From assembly GCA_016930365.1 (NCBI GenBank), contig JAFGGY010000195.1, positions 4,748 to 68,747 on the forward strand: a DNA stretch of 64,000 nt, given 5' to 3'. The translations under genes and the position numbers were made by a program. Every line of letters starts with the position of its first letter. Within the stretch, counting starts at the first letter, position 1. The DNA is from Prolixibacteraceae bacterium (lineage in GTDB: Bacteria > Bacteroidota > Bacteroidia > Bacteroidales > Prolixibacteraceae). The notes under the pieces are model-generated. The model did no database searches, was not told where the DNA came from, and worked only from the letters and a program-made list of their open reading frames with translations. Shown piece by piece: positions 20,431 to 30,793 of this stretch.

Positions 20431-20445
20431 CCAAATGAAAATTTT

Positions 20446-21264
20446 TTAAGGGATGGGGATAATCATTGAAAGCCCGGTAATATGCGGAGTTACAATGGGA
20501 TATAGTTTTAACGGGTTTGCGATGTCGTTTTTAGCAATAAAAAGCCCAATGGCGGTTGCGCTAACGGCGCCGGCAGCTACATCGCTGAGCCAGTGGCGGT
20601 TGTAGTACATGCGCTGGAAGCCAATTGTTGAGGCGAGGCCGTAACTGAGCCAGGGTATCCATTTTTGATGACGGTAACGCCACGAAATGACCGATGCAGC
20701 GGCAAAAGCCATGGATGTGTGGCCCGAGAAAAAAGAACGTCCGTCAGACTCAATATCCCAGTTGTGTGCATCGGGGCCTTGCCAGTGGTTGGGGCGGTCG
20801 CGGCCGGCAACGATTTTTATGGTGCGCGTGAGCAGGGCACTGTAGAAGCAGCTTTCGGCAATCATGTAAGCCGTTTCGATGGTGTAGTTGTTTTTGGAAA
20901 TGAAACCGGCAGCGGTGAATCCGGTTACGATGGCGGTGGTGTAATAAAAATCGGAATAATCGAAAACCGACAGGCTTTTTTCGAGGGGTAGGTTGCGGTG
21001 TGTGCTGAGGTAGCGCTGCACGGGCTCGTCGAAAAATGCAATGGAGGCCGTTGTGAAAGCAGTGGCTGAGCCGAGTACAATCCAATCGGTTTTGTTCCAT
21101 TGAATAGGCGATTTAACTAAAGCTATGCCGTTGTTTAATAGGTGTTTAAACGATTTGCGAATGAGTGAATCGGGCTGCGCGCAGAGTGTAGGCGAAAGAG
21201 CTAATAAAGCGAGCATCGACAGGACAACGAGGATGTTTTTGGATATGTACAGCTTTGTTTTCAT
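20446..21264 (-). CDS. PAP2-family phosphatase
   Basis: KIVAGRDRP, SFFSGHT, RMYYNRHWLSDV motifs; signal peptide. Confidence 0.9.
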   Translation of the reverse strand: MKTKLYISKNILVVLSMLALLALSPTLCAQPDSLIRKSFKHLLNNGIALVKSPIQWNKTDWIVLGSATAFTTASIAFFDEPVQRYLSTHRNLPLEKSLSVFDYSDFYYTTAIVTGFTAAGFISKNNYTIETAYMIAESCFYSALLTRTIKIVAGRDRPNHWQGPDAHNWDIESDGRSFFSGHTSMAFAAASVISWRYRHQKWIPWLSYGLASTIGFQRMYYNRHWLSDVAAGAVSATAIGLFIAKNDIANPLKLYPIVTPHITGLSMIIPIP

Positions 21265-21277
21265 AGGCCAGTAATAA

Positions 21278-22051
21278 TCAGTCGTACTTTTTGGCTTCTT
21301 CCCATATTTTGTTCATTTCGTCGAGACTCATGTCGTGAAGCGAACGCCCTTTGAGCAGGGTTTTTTCTTCGAGATAATTGAATCGTTTGATAAATTTCAG
21401 GTTGGTACGTTCGAGTGCCGATTCGGGGTCGATGTTGTATAGCCTTGCAGCGTTAACCATGGAAAAAAGCAGGTCGCCAAATTCTTTTTCCATTTCGGCC
21501 TGACTATTGTTTTTGAGTTCGTATTCGAATTCGGCAAACTCTTCGCGCACTTTGTCCCATACTTGTTCTTTTTCTTCCCAGTCGAATCCTACGCCGCGCA
21601 CTTTTTCCTGTATGCGATTGGCTTTAACAATGGCCGGCAACGATTTGGGTACGCCCTCGAGTACTTGTTTTTTGCGTCCTTTTTCTTTTAGTTTGATGGC
21701 TTCCCAGTTTTGCGAAACTTTTTCGGCACTGTTGGCTTCGACATCGCCAAACACGTGGGGGTGGCGAAAAATGAGTTTATCGCATAACGAATCAATTACA
21801 TCGGCAATATCGAAAGCTTTTTTCTCTTCGCCGATTTTAGCGTAAAATACAATATGAAGTAAAATGTCGCCCAGCTCTTTTTTTATTTCCTGGAGGTTGT
21901 TATCGAGAATGGCTTCGCCCAGCTCGTATGTTTCTTCGATGGTTAATTTGCGAAGGCTTTCGAGGGTTTGTTCGCGATCCCATGGGCATTTTTCGCGAAG
22001 CTCGTCCATGATGTGTAGTAGTCGTTCGAACTGTTGTATTTTTCGTTCCAT
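21278..22051 (-). CDS. mazG: Nucleoside triphosphate pyrophosphohydrolase MazG
   Basis: CPWDREQT, IEETYEL, ELGDILL, KLIFRHPHVF, GFDW, EFGDLLF, KFIKRF. Confidence 0.97.
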   Translation of the reverse strand: MERKIQQFERLLHIMDELREKCPWDREQTLESLRKLTIEETYELGEAILDNNLQEIKKELGDILLHIVFYAKIGEEKKAFDIADVIDSLCDKLIFRHPHVFGDVEANSAEKVSQNWEAIKLKEKGRKKQVLEGVPKSLPAIVKANRIQEKVRGVGFDWEEKEQVWDKVREEFAEFEYELKNNSQAEMEKEFGDLLFSMVNAARLYNIDPESALERTNLKFIKRFNYLEEKTLLKGRSLHDMSLDEMNKIWEEAKKYD

Positions 22052-22109
22052 ATGGTTTAAATAAAAAATCCCGCCTTTAGGACAGGATTATCAATATTGT
22101 GTGTATTTA

Positions 22110-22724
22110 CTAGAATAATCCGTGAATTTGTGCATCGATACGGTCGATAATTTTACTGAGGTCTTCGGTGTTGTTGTGGAAGTTCACATCATCGACATTG
22201 ATTATGAGTAGCTTGCTATCGGTGTAGCGGCTAATCCACAGTTCGTAGCGCTCGTTTAGCATTTTGAGGTAATCGAGCCTGATGGACTCTTCGTATTCGC
22301 GACCGCGCTGTTGAATCTGGTTCACAAGTGTAGGCACCGAAGCACGAAGGTAAATAAGCAAATCGGGCGGCTGAATAAGCTGAACCATAAGGTTAAAAAG
22401 CGATTTATAATTGTCGAAGTCGCGGGTTGACATCAGCCCCATTTCGTGAAGATTGGGTGCAAAAATTTCGGCATCTTCGTAAATGGTTCGATCCTGGATG
22501 ACGGTTTTGTTCGATTTTCGAATATCGATAACCTGCTTAAACCGGCTATTGAGAAAGAAAACCTGTACATTGAACGACCATCGTTGCATGTTGTTGTAAA
22601 AATCGTTTAGGTAGGGATTATCGTCAACGGTTTCGTAGTTGGGTTCCCATCCGTAGTGTTTTGCCAAAAGGGCGGTAAGTGTTGTTTTGCCTGCGCCAAT
22701 ATTACCTGCAACTGCTATATGCAT
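22110..22724 (-). CDS. Deoxynucleoside kinase
   Basis: P-loop GNIGAGKTT, NPYL.DFY, QDRTIYED, PDLLIYL, RGR.YE. Confidence 0.93.
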   Translation of the reverse strand: MHIAVAGNIGAGKTTLTALLAKHYGWEPNYETVDDNPYLNDFYNNMQRWSFNVQVFFLNSRFKQVIDIRKSNKTVIQDRTIYEDAEIFAPNLHEMGLMSTRDFDNYKSLFNLMVQLIQPPDLLIYLRASVPTLVNQIQQRGREYEESIRLDYLKMLNERYELWISRYTDSKLLIINVDDVNFHNNTEDLSKIIDRIDAQIHGLF

Positions 22725-22744
22725 TCTGATTTGTTTTTAATTAA

Positions 22745-24268
22745 TTATGGTTGTGTGTTGATTTGTTTGAGCAACGAGTCGAGGTATTCGCGATCGTTAG
22801 CCAAACGGGGGATTTTATTCTGCCCACCTACTTTTCCCCTGGTTTTCATCCAGTTGTAAAATGTTCCTTTGGGAGCATTTATAATTTCAAGTTGTTTAAG
22901 TGTTAAATTTTTGAAACGTTTAGCTTCGTAATCCGAATTTACTTTTTGCAGTTCCTGATCGAGTATTTTAGCAAACTGTTCAATGTTTTCGGGTTCGTTT
23001 TCGAACTCGATAATCCATTGGTGGCAGCCTTTATGCTCGGTGTCCATAAACACTGGTCCGGCAGTAAATTCGCAAATAGTAGCACCGGTTATTTCGCAAG
23101 CAGCATCGAGGCCTTTGATAGCGTTATTGATGATAAGCTCTTCGCCAAAAGCGTTGATAAAATGCCTGGTACGTCCGGTAATTTTTATTTTGAAGGGATA
23201 TTTTTGGGTAAACATTACGGTATCGCCAATGATGTAACGCCATAAACCGCCATTTGTTGAAATAACCATGGCGTAATTTCTACCTGTTTCAACCTGGTCG
23301 AGTCCAAGTGCCTCCGGCTCATTATCGAAGAAATGTGCCATATCGATAAATTCGTAATAAATGCCATTATCGAGCATCAGCAACATATCGTCTGTCGATA
23401 GGTCGTTTTGTAAGGCAAAGAAACCTTCGGAGGCGTTGTAGGTATTCATGTAACGCATTGTAGCCGAAGGGATAAGCTTTTTGTATTGTTCGTGGTAGGG
23501 TTCGAAGTTTATACCTCCGTGAACAAAAACCTCGAGGTTTGGCCATACTTCCAGCAGGTTGTCTTTTCCCGAGATTTCGAGAATTCGTTTAATGAGCACC
23601 AGAAACCACGAGGGCACACCGGCAAAACTGGTGATGTTTTCGTTTATGGTTGAATGGGCTATTTTTTCAATTTTCTCTTCAAAATCGGGTATAAGTGCAA
23701 TTTCGGAAGGAGGTGTATTTTTGAAACGGCTCAAAAAAGGCAGGTTATGCAGCATAACGGCCGATAAATCGCCGGTGCGAATGCTTTTGTTTAAATTGCT
23801 TACTTTGTGGCTTCCACCAATGGTAAGGTTTTTACCTTTCAGAAATTGGGTGTCGGGGTTGCTTTTGAGGTAGTGCGCAAACACATCGACTGAGGCTTTT
23901 AGATGGCAGTTATCAAGTGAATCGTCGCTAACCGGGATAAACTTGCTTTTATCGTTTGTGGTTCCCGACGATTTGGCAAACCACCGAACCGTGCCAGGCC
24001 ACAAAATATTCTTTTCGCCTTCGACCATCCGTTCGATGTAGGGTTTTAAGGTTTCGTAATCGCCAAGGGGAACATTGCTTTTGAAAGCGCTGCTTCCCTG
24101 AATGCCGGGATACCCATGGTTAATGCCCCATTCGGTATTTTCAGCCTTTCGGATAAGTTCCTGCAAAACTTTTTCCTGCTGTTCGACAGGATATTTGCTG
24201 AAATATTCGTACTTTTTGTACCTGGTTGAAAAAATTTTTTCAATGCCCCGGTTGAAGATTTCTATCAT
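22745..24268 (-). CDS. GH3 acyl-acid amido synthetase family (auxin-responsive GH3-like) protein
   Basis: FAKSSGTT.DKSKFIP, YNASEG, YYEFI, GLWRYIIGDT, GRT, FGEE, NSDYEAKR, GGQNKIPRL. Confidence 0.92.
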   Translation of the reverse strand: MIEIFNRGIEKIFSTRYKKYEYFSKYPVEQQEKVLQELIRKAENTEWGINHGYPGIQGSSAFKSNVPLGDYETLKPYIERMVEGEKNILWPGTVRWFAKSSGTTNDKSKFIPVSDDSLDNCHLKASVDVFAHYLKSNPDTQFLKGKNLTIGGSHKVSNLNKSIRTGDLSAVMLHNLPFLSRFKNTPPSEIALIPDFEEKIEKIAHSTINENITSFAGVPSWFLVLIKRILEISGKDNLLEVWPNLEVFVHGGINFEPYHEQYKKLIPSATMRYMNTYNASEGFFALQNDLSTDDMLLMLDNGIYYEFIDMAHFFDNEPEALGLDQVETGRNYAMVISTNGGLWRYIIGDTVMFTQKYPFKIKITGRTRHFINAFGEELIINNAIKGLDAACEITGATICEFTAGPVFMDTEHKGCHQWIIEFENEPENIEQFAKILDQELQKVNSDYEAKRFKNLTLKQLEIINAPKGTFYNWMKTRGKVGGQNKIPRLANDREYLDSLLKQINTQP

Positions 24269-24387
24269 ACCTTTTTCTCGAGTTTCAAAACGACGCAAAT
24301 TAATAAAAAAATAAGTTGTATTGAATAGGCACTGTTAAATAGATTCTATTTTTGTGTAAAACAAAAAAATGCTAAAAGTGAAGAGAT

Positions 24388-24954
24388 ATGAATTACATTG
24401 ATATAATAATTATCATTTTACTGGTTGTTGCCGCTGTAAAAGGAGCGACTAAAGGGTTTGTTTACGAAATTGCCTCACTGGCTGCTTTAATCGTCGGAGT
24501 TTGGGGTGCCGTGAAGTTTTCGGGAGCTACCGAAACTTACCTTGTAAACCGACTTAATTTTACCAATCAATACATCGATATCATTGCTTTTGTAATTACC
24601 CTGCTTATTATTATTGTACTGGTACATTTTTTAGGTAAGGCAATTGAGAAAATTATTGAATCGATATCATTAGGGGTTATCAATCGCATGTTGGGCCTGG
24701 TTTTTTCGGTCGCCAAAACGGCGTTTATACTGGGCGTCGTAATTCTTTTGCTCGAAAAAATTGACGAAAAAGTTTCGTTTATTCCTAAAGACAAGGTGCA
24801 AAAATCGATTTTTTACACTCCGTTGCAAAATATTACCGTATCGGCGTTTCCGTTTATGATTGAGTTATACGAAAACATCAAAGACAAGACCGACAAAACC
24901 AACGAAGAAGATACACCCGTAAAAACCCAGAAACAGGGAGCAGGGCAGATATAA
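24388..24954 (+). CDS. cvpA: CvpA (colicin V production) family membrane protein
   Basis: MNYIDII...KGFV.E, LG.INRMLG; multiple TM segments. Confidence 0.88.
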   Translation: MNYIDIIIIILLVVAAVKGATKGFVYEIASLAALIVGVWGAVKFSGATETYLVNRLNFTNQYIDIIAFVITLLIIIVLVHFLGKAIEKIIESISLGVINRMLGLVFSVAKTAFILGVVILLLEKIDEKVSFIPKDKVQKSIFYTPLQNITVSAFPFMIELYENIKDKTDKTNEEDTPVKTQKQGAGQI

Positions 24955-25028
24955 ACGCCTCACCCAGTTTTGAACATTTAAGTCGTTCGTTGGTTTAACT
25001 TCCGATAATAAACAAACATTAACTACCA

Positions 25029-25475
25029 ATGAACAATATCGAAATATTTACATCGAAAACCCCGGTTACTTCGAAAGAAAAAGAAGCCATTGTTGATTTT
25101 TTGCACATCCACCTCGACCAGTTTGGCGACCCACGCGAAGACATCTGTAAAGCGGTAAATTATGCACTTAAAAAAACCAATTCGTTTGGCGGATATGTTT
25201 TAAGATTAAGTGATGGCAAACAAATTATAGGTGCTGTAGTTGTAAACCGCACCGGCATGGATGGGTATATTCCTGAAAACATATTGGTTTACATTGCTAT
25301 TGATAAAAATTACCGAGGACAAGGGCTTGGTAAAAAAATAATGCAAAAGGCTATTGAAACCGCCGACGGAGATGTAGCTTTACATGTTGAACCCGACAAC
25401 CCGGCTCGCAAACTCTACGAGAAACTGGGCTTTACCAGCAAGTACATCGAAATGCGATACAAAAAAACGGTTTAA
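25029..25475 (+). CDS. GNAT-family N-acetyltransferase
   Basis: YIAIDKNYRGQGLGKKIM; LHVEPDNPARKLYEKLGF. Confidence 0.92.
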   Translation: MNNIEIFTSKTPVTSKEKEAIVDFLHIHLDQFGDPREDICKAVNYALKKTNSFGGYVLRLSDGKQIIGAVVVNRTGMDGYIPENILVYIAIDKNYRGQGLGKKIMQKAIETADGDVALHVEPDNPARKLYEKLGFTSKYIEMRYKKTV

Positions 25476-25477
25476 AC

Positions 25478-26548
25478 ATGGCGTATATCACTCTCGACCG
25501 GGAAAAGCTAAGAGAAAACTACGAGTACTTAGATCAACTGTTTGATAAGCACAACATCGACTGGGCTATTGTTACAAAAATGTTGTGCGGCAACAAAACC
25601 TATCTGAAAGAAGTTCTCGATTTAGGCATAAAACAGGTTTGCGACTCGCGGGTTTCGAACCTGAAAGCCATAAAATCGGTCAATCCTGGGGTTGAAACCA
25701 TTTACATAAAACCACCACCCAAGCGTGCTATCCCGAATATTGTACGATATTCCGATGTCAGCATGAACACTTCGTTCGAAACCGTAAACCTACTATCGGA
25801 CGAAGCTCAAAGGCAAAATAAGACCCATAAAATCATTATCATGATTGAAATGGGGGAGTTGCGCGAGGGGGTTTTGCGCGACGAAGTTGTAAATTTTTAC
25901 GCCAGGGTATTTGAGCTTCCGAACATCGAAGTAGTTGGCATTGGTACCAATTTAAGTTGCCTTTATGGCGTACTTCCCAACCAGGATAAGCTGATTCAGC
26001 TGAGTTTATACAAACAACTGATTGAACAAAAATTTGATAAGAAAATCCCGTACATTTCGGGGGGGAGTTCGGTAACGATACCGCTTATCAATCAGGGCCT
26101 TTTGCCCGAAAGTATTAACCATTTCAGGGTTGGCGAAACTTTGTACCTGGGCACCAATGTTTACGATGGAACGCCGTTTGATTTTATGCACAATGATGTG
26201 TTCAGTGTTCATGCCGAAATTATCGAACTGTTTGAGAAACCAGTTGTGCCACAGGGTGAGATGGGGCATAACGTAGAAGGCGAAACCTTTGAATTCGACC
26301 AGGACAAATCGGGCGACACATCGTACCGGGCCTTAATCGACTTGGGATTGCTGGATATTGAGCAGAACCACCTGTTTCCGGTTAACGATTCGTGTTCGTT
26401 GGCCGGTGCCAGTTCGGATATGATTGTGGTTGATTTGGGAGAGAATAATAAAATGTACCGTGTAGGCGATTTGCTTGAGTTTAAAACCGACTACATGGGT
26501 TTGCTGCGTTTGTTGAATTCGAGATACATTGATAAAAAAGTGAAATAG
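25478..26548 (+). CDS. Alanine/ornithine racemase-family PLP enzyme
   Basis: VTK PLP lysine; DSR, GELREG, GIGTNLSC, SGGSS, RVGE, GASSD; starts 2 nt after the GNAT stop. Confidence 0.88.
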   Translation: MAYITLDREKLRENYEYLDQLFDKHNIDWAIVTKMLCGNKTYLKEVLDLGIKQVCDSRVSNLKAIKSVNPGVETIYIKPPPKRAIPNIVRYSDVSMNTSFETVNLLSDEAQRQNKTHKIIIMIEMGELREGVLRDEVVNFYARVFELPNIEVVGIGTNLSCLYGVLPNQDKLIQLSLYKQLIEQKFDKKIPYISGGSSVTIPLINQGLLPESINHFRVGETLYLGTNVYDGTPFDFMHNDVFSVHAEIIELFEKPVVPQGEMGHNVEGETFEFDQDKSGDTSYRALIDLGLLDIEQNHLFPVNDSCSLAGASSDMIVVDLGENNKMYRVGDLLEFKTDYMGLLRLLNSRYIDKKVK

Positions 26549-26555
26549 TGATATA

Positions 26556-27302
26556 TTATAAGCTTTCGAGCACTTGTATCAATCGTTTTTTGCGTCGAAG
26601 TGATACCGGAACTTCGGCACCGTCTTTCAGAATTAAAAATCCACCATCGCTTTTGTCGAGCTTGGTTACATAACTAAGATTTACCAAAAAAGAATGATGT
26701 GGGCGAAAGAAACCATACTCCGACAAAAGATCTTCGTATTCTTTTAGCACCCTCGATACCATTATTTTACTGCCATTAATCATATAAAAAGTAGTATAAT
26801 TGCTTTCGCTGCGGCAATGGGTAATATCGCTTACATCGACAATGTTTATGGCTTCGGTGGTTTTTAGTATAATACGTCGAGCCTGGGTTTTCCGCTCGTA
26901 ATAGTTAAAAAAGGTTTGTACCTGGGTGTGCAGTGCTTCATCGTTAATCGAGCTAATGGCGCGACTTACCGCATCGCAAAAGTCGTTTTCATCGATGGGT
27001 TTTAAAATATAATCGATGGCGCTAAACTTTATGGCTTTTATGGCAAATTCGTTGTAAGCGGTAATGAAAATAAGCGCGTAGTTGTATGGTTTAATTTTTT
27101 GAAGAATAGTAAAGCCGGTGCCGTCGGTTAGGCGGATGTCGAGCAAAAGCAGCTGAGGTTTATGTTCGTTGATAAACTCAACAGCTTCGGCTACCGACCC
27201 ACAACTTCCAATAATTTCAATTTCGTCGAAATGTTTTTGAAGCAAAACTTTGTTTAGTTCTACCAATTCGGGTTCGTCGTCAACAATAAATGTTTTAATC
27301 AT
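26556..27302 (-). CDS. LytTR-family response regulator
   Basis: IVDDE, LLDI, FITAY, DYILKP receiver domain; SESNYT, FFRPHHSFLVN, PVS LytTR domain. Confidence 0.95.
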   Translation of the reverse strand: MIKTFIVDDEPELVELNKVLLQKHFDEIEIIGSCGSVAEAVEFINEHKPQLLLLDIRLTDGTGFTILQKIKPYNYALIFITAYNEFAIKAIKFSAIDYILKPIDENDFCDAVSRAISSINDEALHTQVQTFFNYYERKTQARRIILKTTEAINIVDVSDITHCRSESNYTTFYMINGSKIMVSRVLKEYEDLLSEYGFFRPHHSFLVNLSYVTKLDKSDGGFLILKDGAEVPVSLRRKKRLIQVLESL

Positions 27303-29253
27303 GAGGCTCAATCAATGGAAAATCAATACTTACTAATGTTCCGGTTTCATTTTCGCTAATTTCGCTTAAATCGTTAATCACGAAATTAACAGTTTTTTTG
27401 TACTTTTTTTCAAAAAGCCGGATTCTTTCTTTAAAAATTAGTAAGCCCATTGATTTATGCTCGCTTTCGTGCTTCTTCTCTGAATGGTTAATTCCAACGC
27501 CATTATCTTTTAAACCGATGTGCAGGTAATTGTCGTTTTGGGTAACTGAAACGCTTATTGTTAAGCCTTTGCCACAATCGGGTTTTTGAAAGCCGTGCTG
27601 GATAGAATTTTCGACAAAAGGTTGCAACATGGTTGGCAAAACATATACAAAATCAAGTTCCACATCATCGTCGATATTAAATTCGTAATTAAAACATTCG
27701 CGTTGGCGCATTTGCTCAATTTCGAGGTAGTTACGCAGGGTCTCAATTTCTTCATCGAGGGTTATAAGGCTCTTGTTCGAGTTTTTGAGTACCAGGCGGG
27801 TTAGTTTTGAAAAATTCCCCAAATAAGTAGCTGCTTTTTGAGGTTCGTTATTGTACAAAAAGCTTTGGATAGAGCCCAAGGCATTAAAGATGAAATGCGG
27901 GTTCATCATCGACCGGAATAAACTGCTTCGAAGTTCAATACGTTGCTTTTCGGCTCTGGTTTGTGCCACCACATAAACTACGATAAGTGTGAGCAGCACA
28001 ATTATTGCCACAAACAGTGTTATGTAATTTCGTTGCGTTTTGAGCTGATTTTCAACGGTTAACATTTCTATTTGTTGCTCTTTCTTATTGGCCTCGTAAA
28101 GGGTTTGCAATTCGTTCAGGTAACGGGCGTTTTGCTCGTTTACGACACTATCGTTGGCTGCCACACCAATTTTATAATTATTGAGTGCTTGTTTATACTG
28201 ACCTGTGTTTTCGAAATAATCGGATAGAAGTTTATACGATTCCTGAATTAGTAAGCCTGAATTTATTTGTAGAGACAGCGTATTAAATTCAGTAAGAGCA
28301 CCAAAAGCCTGGTCGTATCTTCCTTGTGCCAAATAAGCCTTTCCAAGGTTGGCGTAACTTTGAGCTATGTAATAGTTATCGTTCGATTGTTTTGCAAACG
28401 AAATACCTCTCTCAAATTCTTTTAATGCCTTTGAAAGTTCTCCTCGTTTCAGATATATCTCACCAATACTGTTGTAACAAATGGCCTTACCAACATCGGA
28501 ATCAATAATTTTGTTTTGTTCAAGCGACATCAGGTAGTAGCTCAGGGCCGTTTCGGTATTCTTCATTGCCTCATATGCAAAACCAATATTGTGGTAGTTT
28601 ATGGCCATGCCTCGGTGGTTATCAATTTTTTTTTCAATTTCGAGGGTTTGGCTAAAAACTTCGAGTGCCTGTTGTGGTTGGTTGAGGGTAAGATTAATAT
28701 TTCCGATGCTGTTTAATGCGATACAGGCACTTCGGGTAGCTACGTCGGGATTTCCTTCGAATGCTTCGGAAAGTTGCAGAGCCTGCATGTGGTAATCGAG
28801 TGCAATGCGCGGTTTATCGAGCCGTCGATAAACGACCCCGAGATTATTCAAGGCGTAAATCTGAATCATGGTATCGATACCGGCCAGGTTCAAAGCCGAC
28901 TCGTGCAGGTCGGCTGCCACGGCATATTCGGCCTTGTCGCGCATCATCACCCCTAGAATGTTTTTGGCATTAGCCTCACCCCAGTTAAAATTATTACGCT
29001 GGCTTTCAGTAATTAAATATCGAAGGTATTCTTCTTTTTGGTCTTTTGTGCGAATCTGATTGTATATATCGAAACTATCGATAATGATTTTAATATCGGC
29101 AATAGACAATTTGCGTTGCATGGAAAGTATGCTGTCGGGATTCCATGTAGCAGTTTGTGGCAGTACCGGCTCTCCATTTTTAGAGAAACCAATACTGCCA
29201 CAAGTGAACAGACAAATAATAACCCCCACTCCTATAACAATCCGTTTCAACAT
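27295..29253 (-). CDS. TPR-containing LytS-type sensor histidine kinase
   Basis: TPR repeats (ALNNLGVVY, NYHNIG); one TM; MNPHFIFNAL, YLEIEQMR, QPFVENSIQHG, DNGVG. Confidence 0.93.
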   Translation of the reverse strand: MLKRIVIGVGVIICLFTCGSIGFSKNGEPVLPQTATWNPDSILSMQRKLSIADIKIIIDSFDIYNQIRTKDQKEEYLRYLITESQRNNFNWGEANAKNILGVMMRDKAEYAVAADLHESALNLAGIDTMIQIYALNNLGVVYRRLDKPRIALDYHMQALQLSEAFEGNPDVATRSACIALNSIGNINLTLNQPQQALEVFSQTLEIEKKIDNHRGMAINYHNIGFAYEAMKNTETALSYYLMSLEQNKIIDSDVGKAICYNSIGEIYLKRGELSKALKEFERGISFAKQSNDNYYIAQSYANLGKAYLAQGRYDQAFGALTEFNTLSLQINSGLLIQESYKLLSDYFENTGQYKQALNNYKIGVAANDSVVNEQNARYLNELQTLYEANKKEQQIEMLTVENQLKTQRNYITLFVAIIVLLTLIVVYVVAQTRAEKQRIELRSSLFRSMMNPHFIFNALGSIQSFLYNNEPQKAATYLGNFSKLTRLVLKNSNKSLITLDEEIETLRNYLEIEQMRQRECFNYEFNIDDDVELDFVYVLPTMLQPFVENSIQHGFQKPDCGKGLTISVSVTQNDNYLHIGLKDNGVGINHSEKKHESEHKSMGLLIFKERIRLFEKKYKKTVNFVINDLSEISENETGTLVSIDFPLIEPHD

Positions 29254-29290
29254 CAATTAGTATCCTCCTCTGTTACGTGTGGTTGTTTGA

Positions 29291-30781
29291 TTACTGTTTT
29301 ACCACACGTTGATAAAATAATTGTTCGTTTTCAAATACGAGGCTTAAAATATAAATTCCATTTCCCAATTCCGCCGTTTCGATGGAATATTTTTGAGCAT
29401 CGTCGGAAATTTTCCCCGACTTTATACTTTTTCCATCCAGCGTTAATATTTCGAAAGACTTCAGCTTATTATCAGCTTTATTGTTAAGCTCTATATAGTT
29501 GCTAAAGGGCATGGGGTAAACCTCAACATTGGAAATGCCGAGTGACTGGACGCCAACCGATGTCCCTTCCGAGTAATAATAATCGGCCACCATCGATTCA
29601 GCCATTTCGTTTGTTTCCCAATCGATAATTGTATAATGTGTAACCTTTTCTAGCAGCCCAAACTGTTGATATTCTTCATCGAGGTGATAATAGCCTTCGG
29701 AATAAGCCGATATATAAGGAATGTAGTAATCGTTAGGATCGACGCTTGTATTATAAGTAAACACGTATTTATTGGTCGAAGCAAACGAACCATCTTGCTG
29801 ACCGAGGAAGTATGTTTCGGAGAATAAGGTGTTTCCGTTGTAGACATACTCGTAGTATTCCCTCAGTTCCAAATTGGGAAGATAACCATCATTGGAATAC
29901 ACTTCTTCTTTAACCCGGTTGCCGTTTTCGTAGGTATAACGAGTTTCTTCAACAAGGTCAATAAACCCGGGCATTTGCATCCTCTCGCGTTCAACAAGAA
30001 TTCGGTTATTCGAGTCGTATTCGTATTCCGAAGAATTAAAAACAAAATTTTCTCCCGATTCTTCGTCGTACATGCTTAAACGAAACAAGGTTTCGAGCCC
30101 GGCGCTGTTGTACTCAAACTCGATTTGCATGCCGGGCAGGAACTCTCCAGCGTCATAATCGTACATAAACATTTCGCCAGAAACAGGTCTCATCTCGTCA
30201 ATAAGTATAATCGAATAGCTTGTATGCAACCAATCGTCAAGGTCTTCATCCCATTCGTACGAGTCGGAACGCATTTCGTTTCCATCGTATTGATACTCAT
30301 ATTTTTCAGAAGGATGCTCTCCTTCGCCAAAATCATAATCCCAGTAAATCTCGCTTGTAACATTGCCGTTGGCGTCGTACTGAGTTTCCGTTTTTTCGAG
30401 TATAATCCAACCGTCAAATGCATCTTTGAAGTTCAGCGCGAATAATGTTTCGCGCCCGGCATTGTCGTATTCAAATTGCTGATGTTCGTTTAGCTCCAAC
30501 TCATCAAGGTAGTTTAGCGAGTAACCTTTGTAGTTGGTTAACAGACCAGACTCGTTGTAATAAAACACCCCCATCGAACCGTTATCCAATGTAATACTGT
30601 CGAGGTGGCTTTGAGCTTTGGCACTTTTCAGTGGCAGGTTTTCGGTATTCGTTTTTACAATGTTTTTAACTTTTTCGATATGCTTTTCGGCTATGCGATG
30701 CATATCATTTTTTTTGGCGTTGCTTGCAACACAGCTAAACACGGTTGCTGTAAAAAGTACTAAGAAGTAAATTTTTTTCAT
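29291..30781 (-). CDS. T9SS type A CTD cargo protein with acidic YEYD-type repeats
   Basis: Signal peptide; repeated (F/Y)EYDxxG motifs; C-terminal VYPMPF...DGK...L.NGIYIL...RVVK domain. Confidence 0.85.
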   Translation of the reverse strand: MKKIYFLVLFTATVFSCVASNAKKNDMHRIAEKHIEKVKNIVKTNTENLPLKSAKAQSHLDSITLDNGSMGVFYYNESGLLTNYKGYSLNYLDELELNEHQQFEYDNAGRETLFALNFKDAFDGWIILEKTETQYDANGNVTSEIYWDYDFGEGEHPSEKYEYQYDGNEMRSDSYEWDEDLDDWLHTSYSIILIDEMRPVSGEMFMYDYDAGEFLPGMQIEFEYNSAGLETLFRLSMYDEESGENFVFNSSEYEYDSNNRILVERERMQMPGFIDLVEETRYTYENGNRVKEEVYSNDGYLPNLELREYYEYVYNGNTLFSETYFLGQQDGSFASTNKYVFTYNTSVDPNDYYIPYISAYSEGYYHLDEEYQQFGLLEKVTHYTIIDWETNEMAESMVADYYYSEGTSVGVQSLGISNVEVYPMPFSNYIELNNKADNKLKSFEILTLDGKSIKSGKISDDAQKYSIETAELGNGIYILSLVFENEQLFYQRVVKQ

Positions 30782-30793
30782 TTTTCAAGGGTT

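Noticed and set aside
20240-20434. Short ORFs over the GC-rich elements (also 45704..45895)
   Set aside because: Open frames arise from GC-rich palindromic sequence and have no protein-like features.
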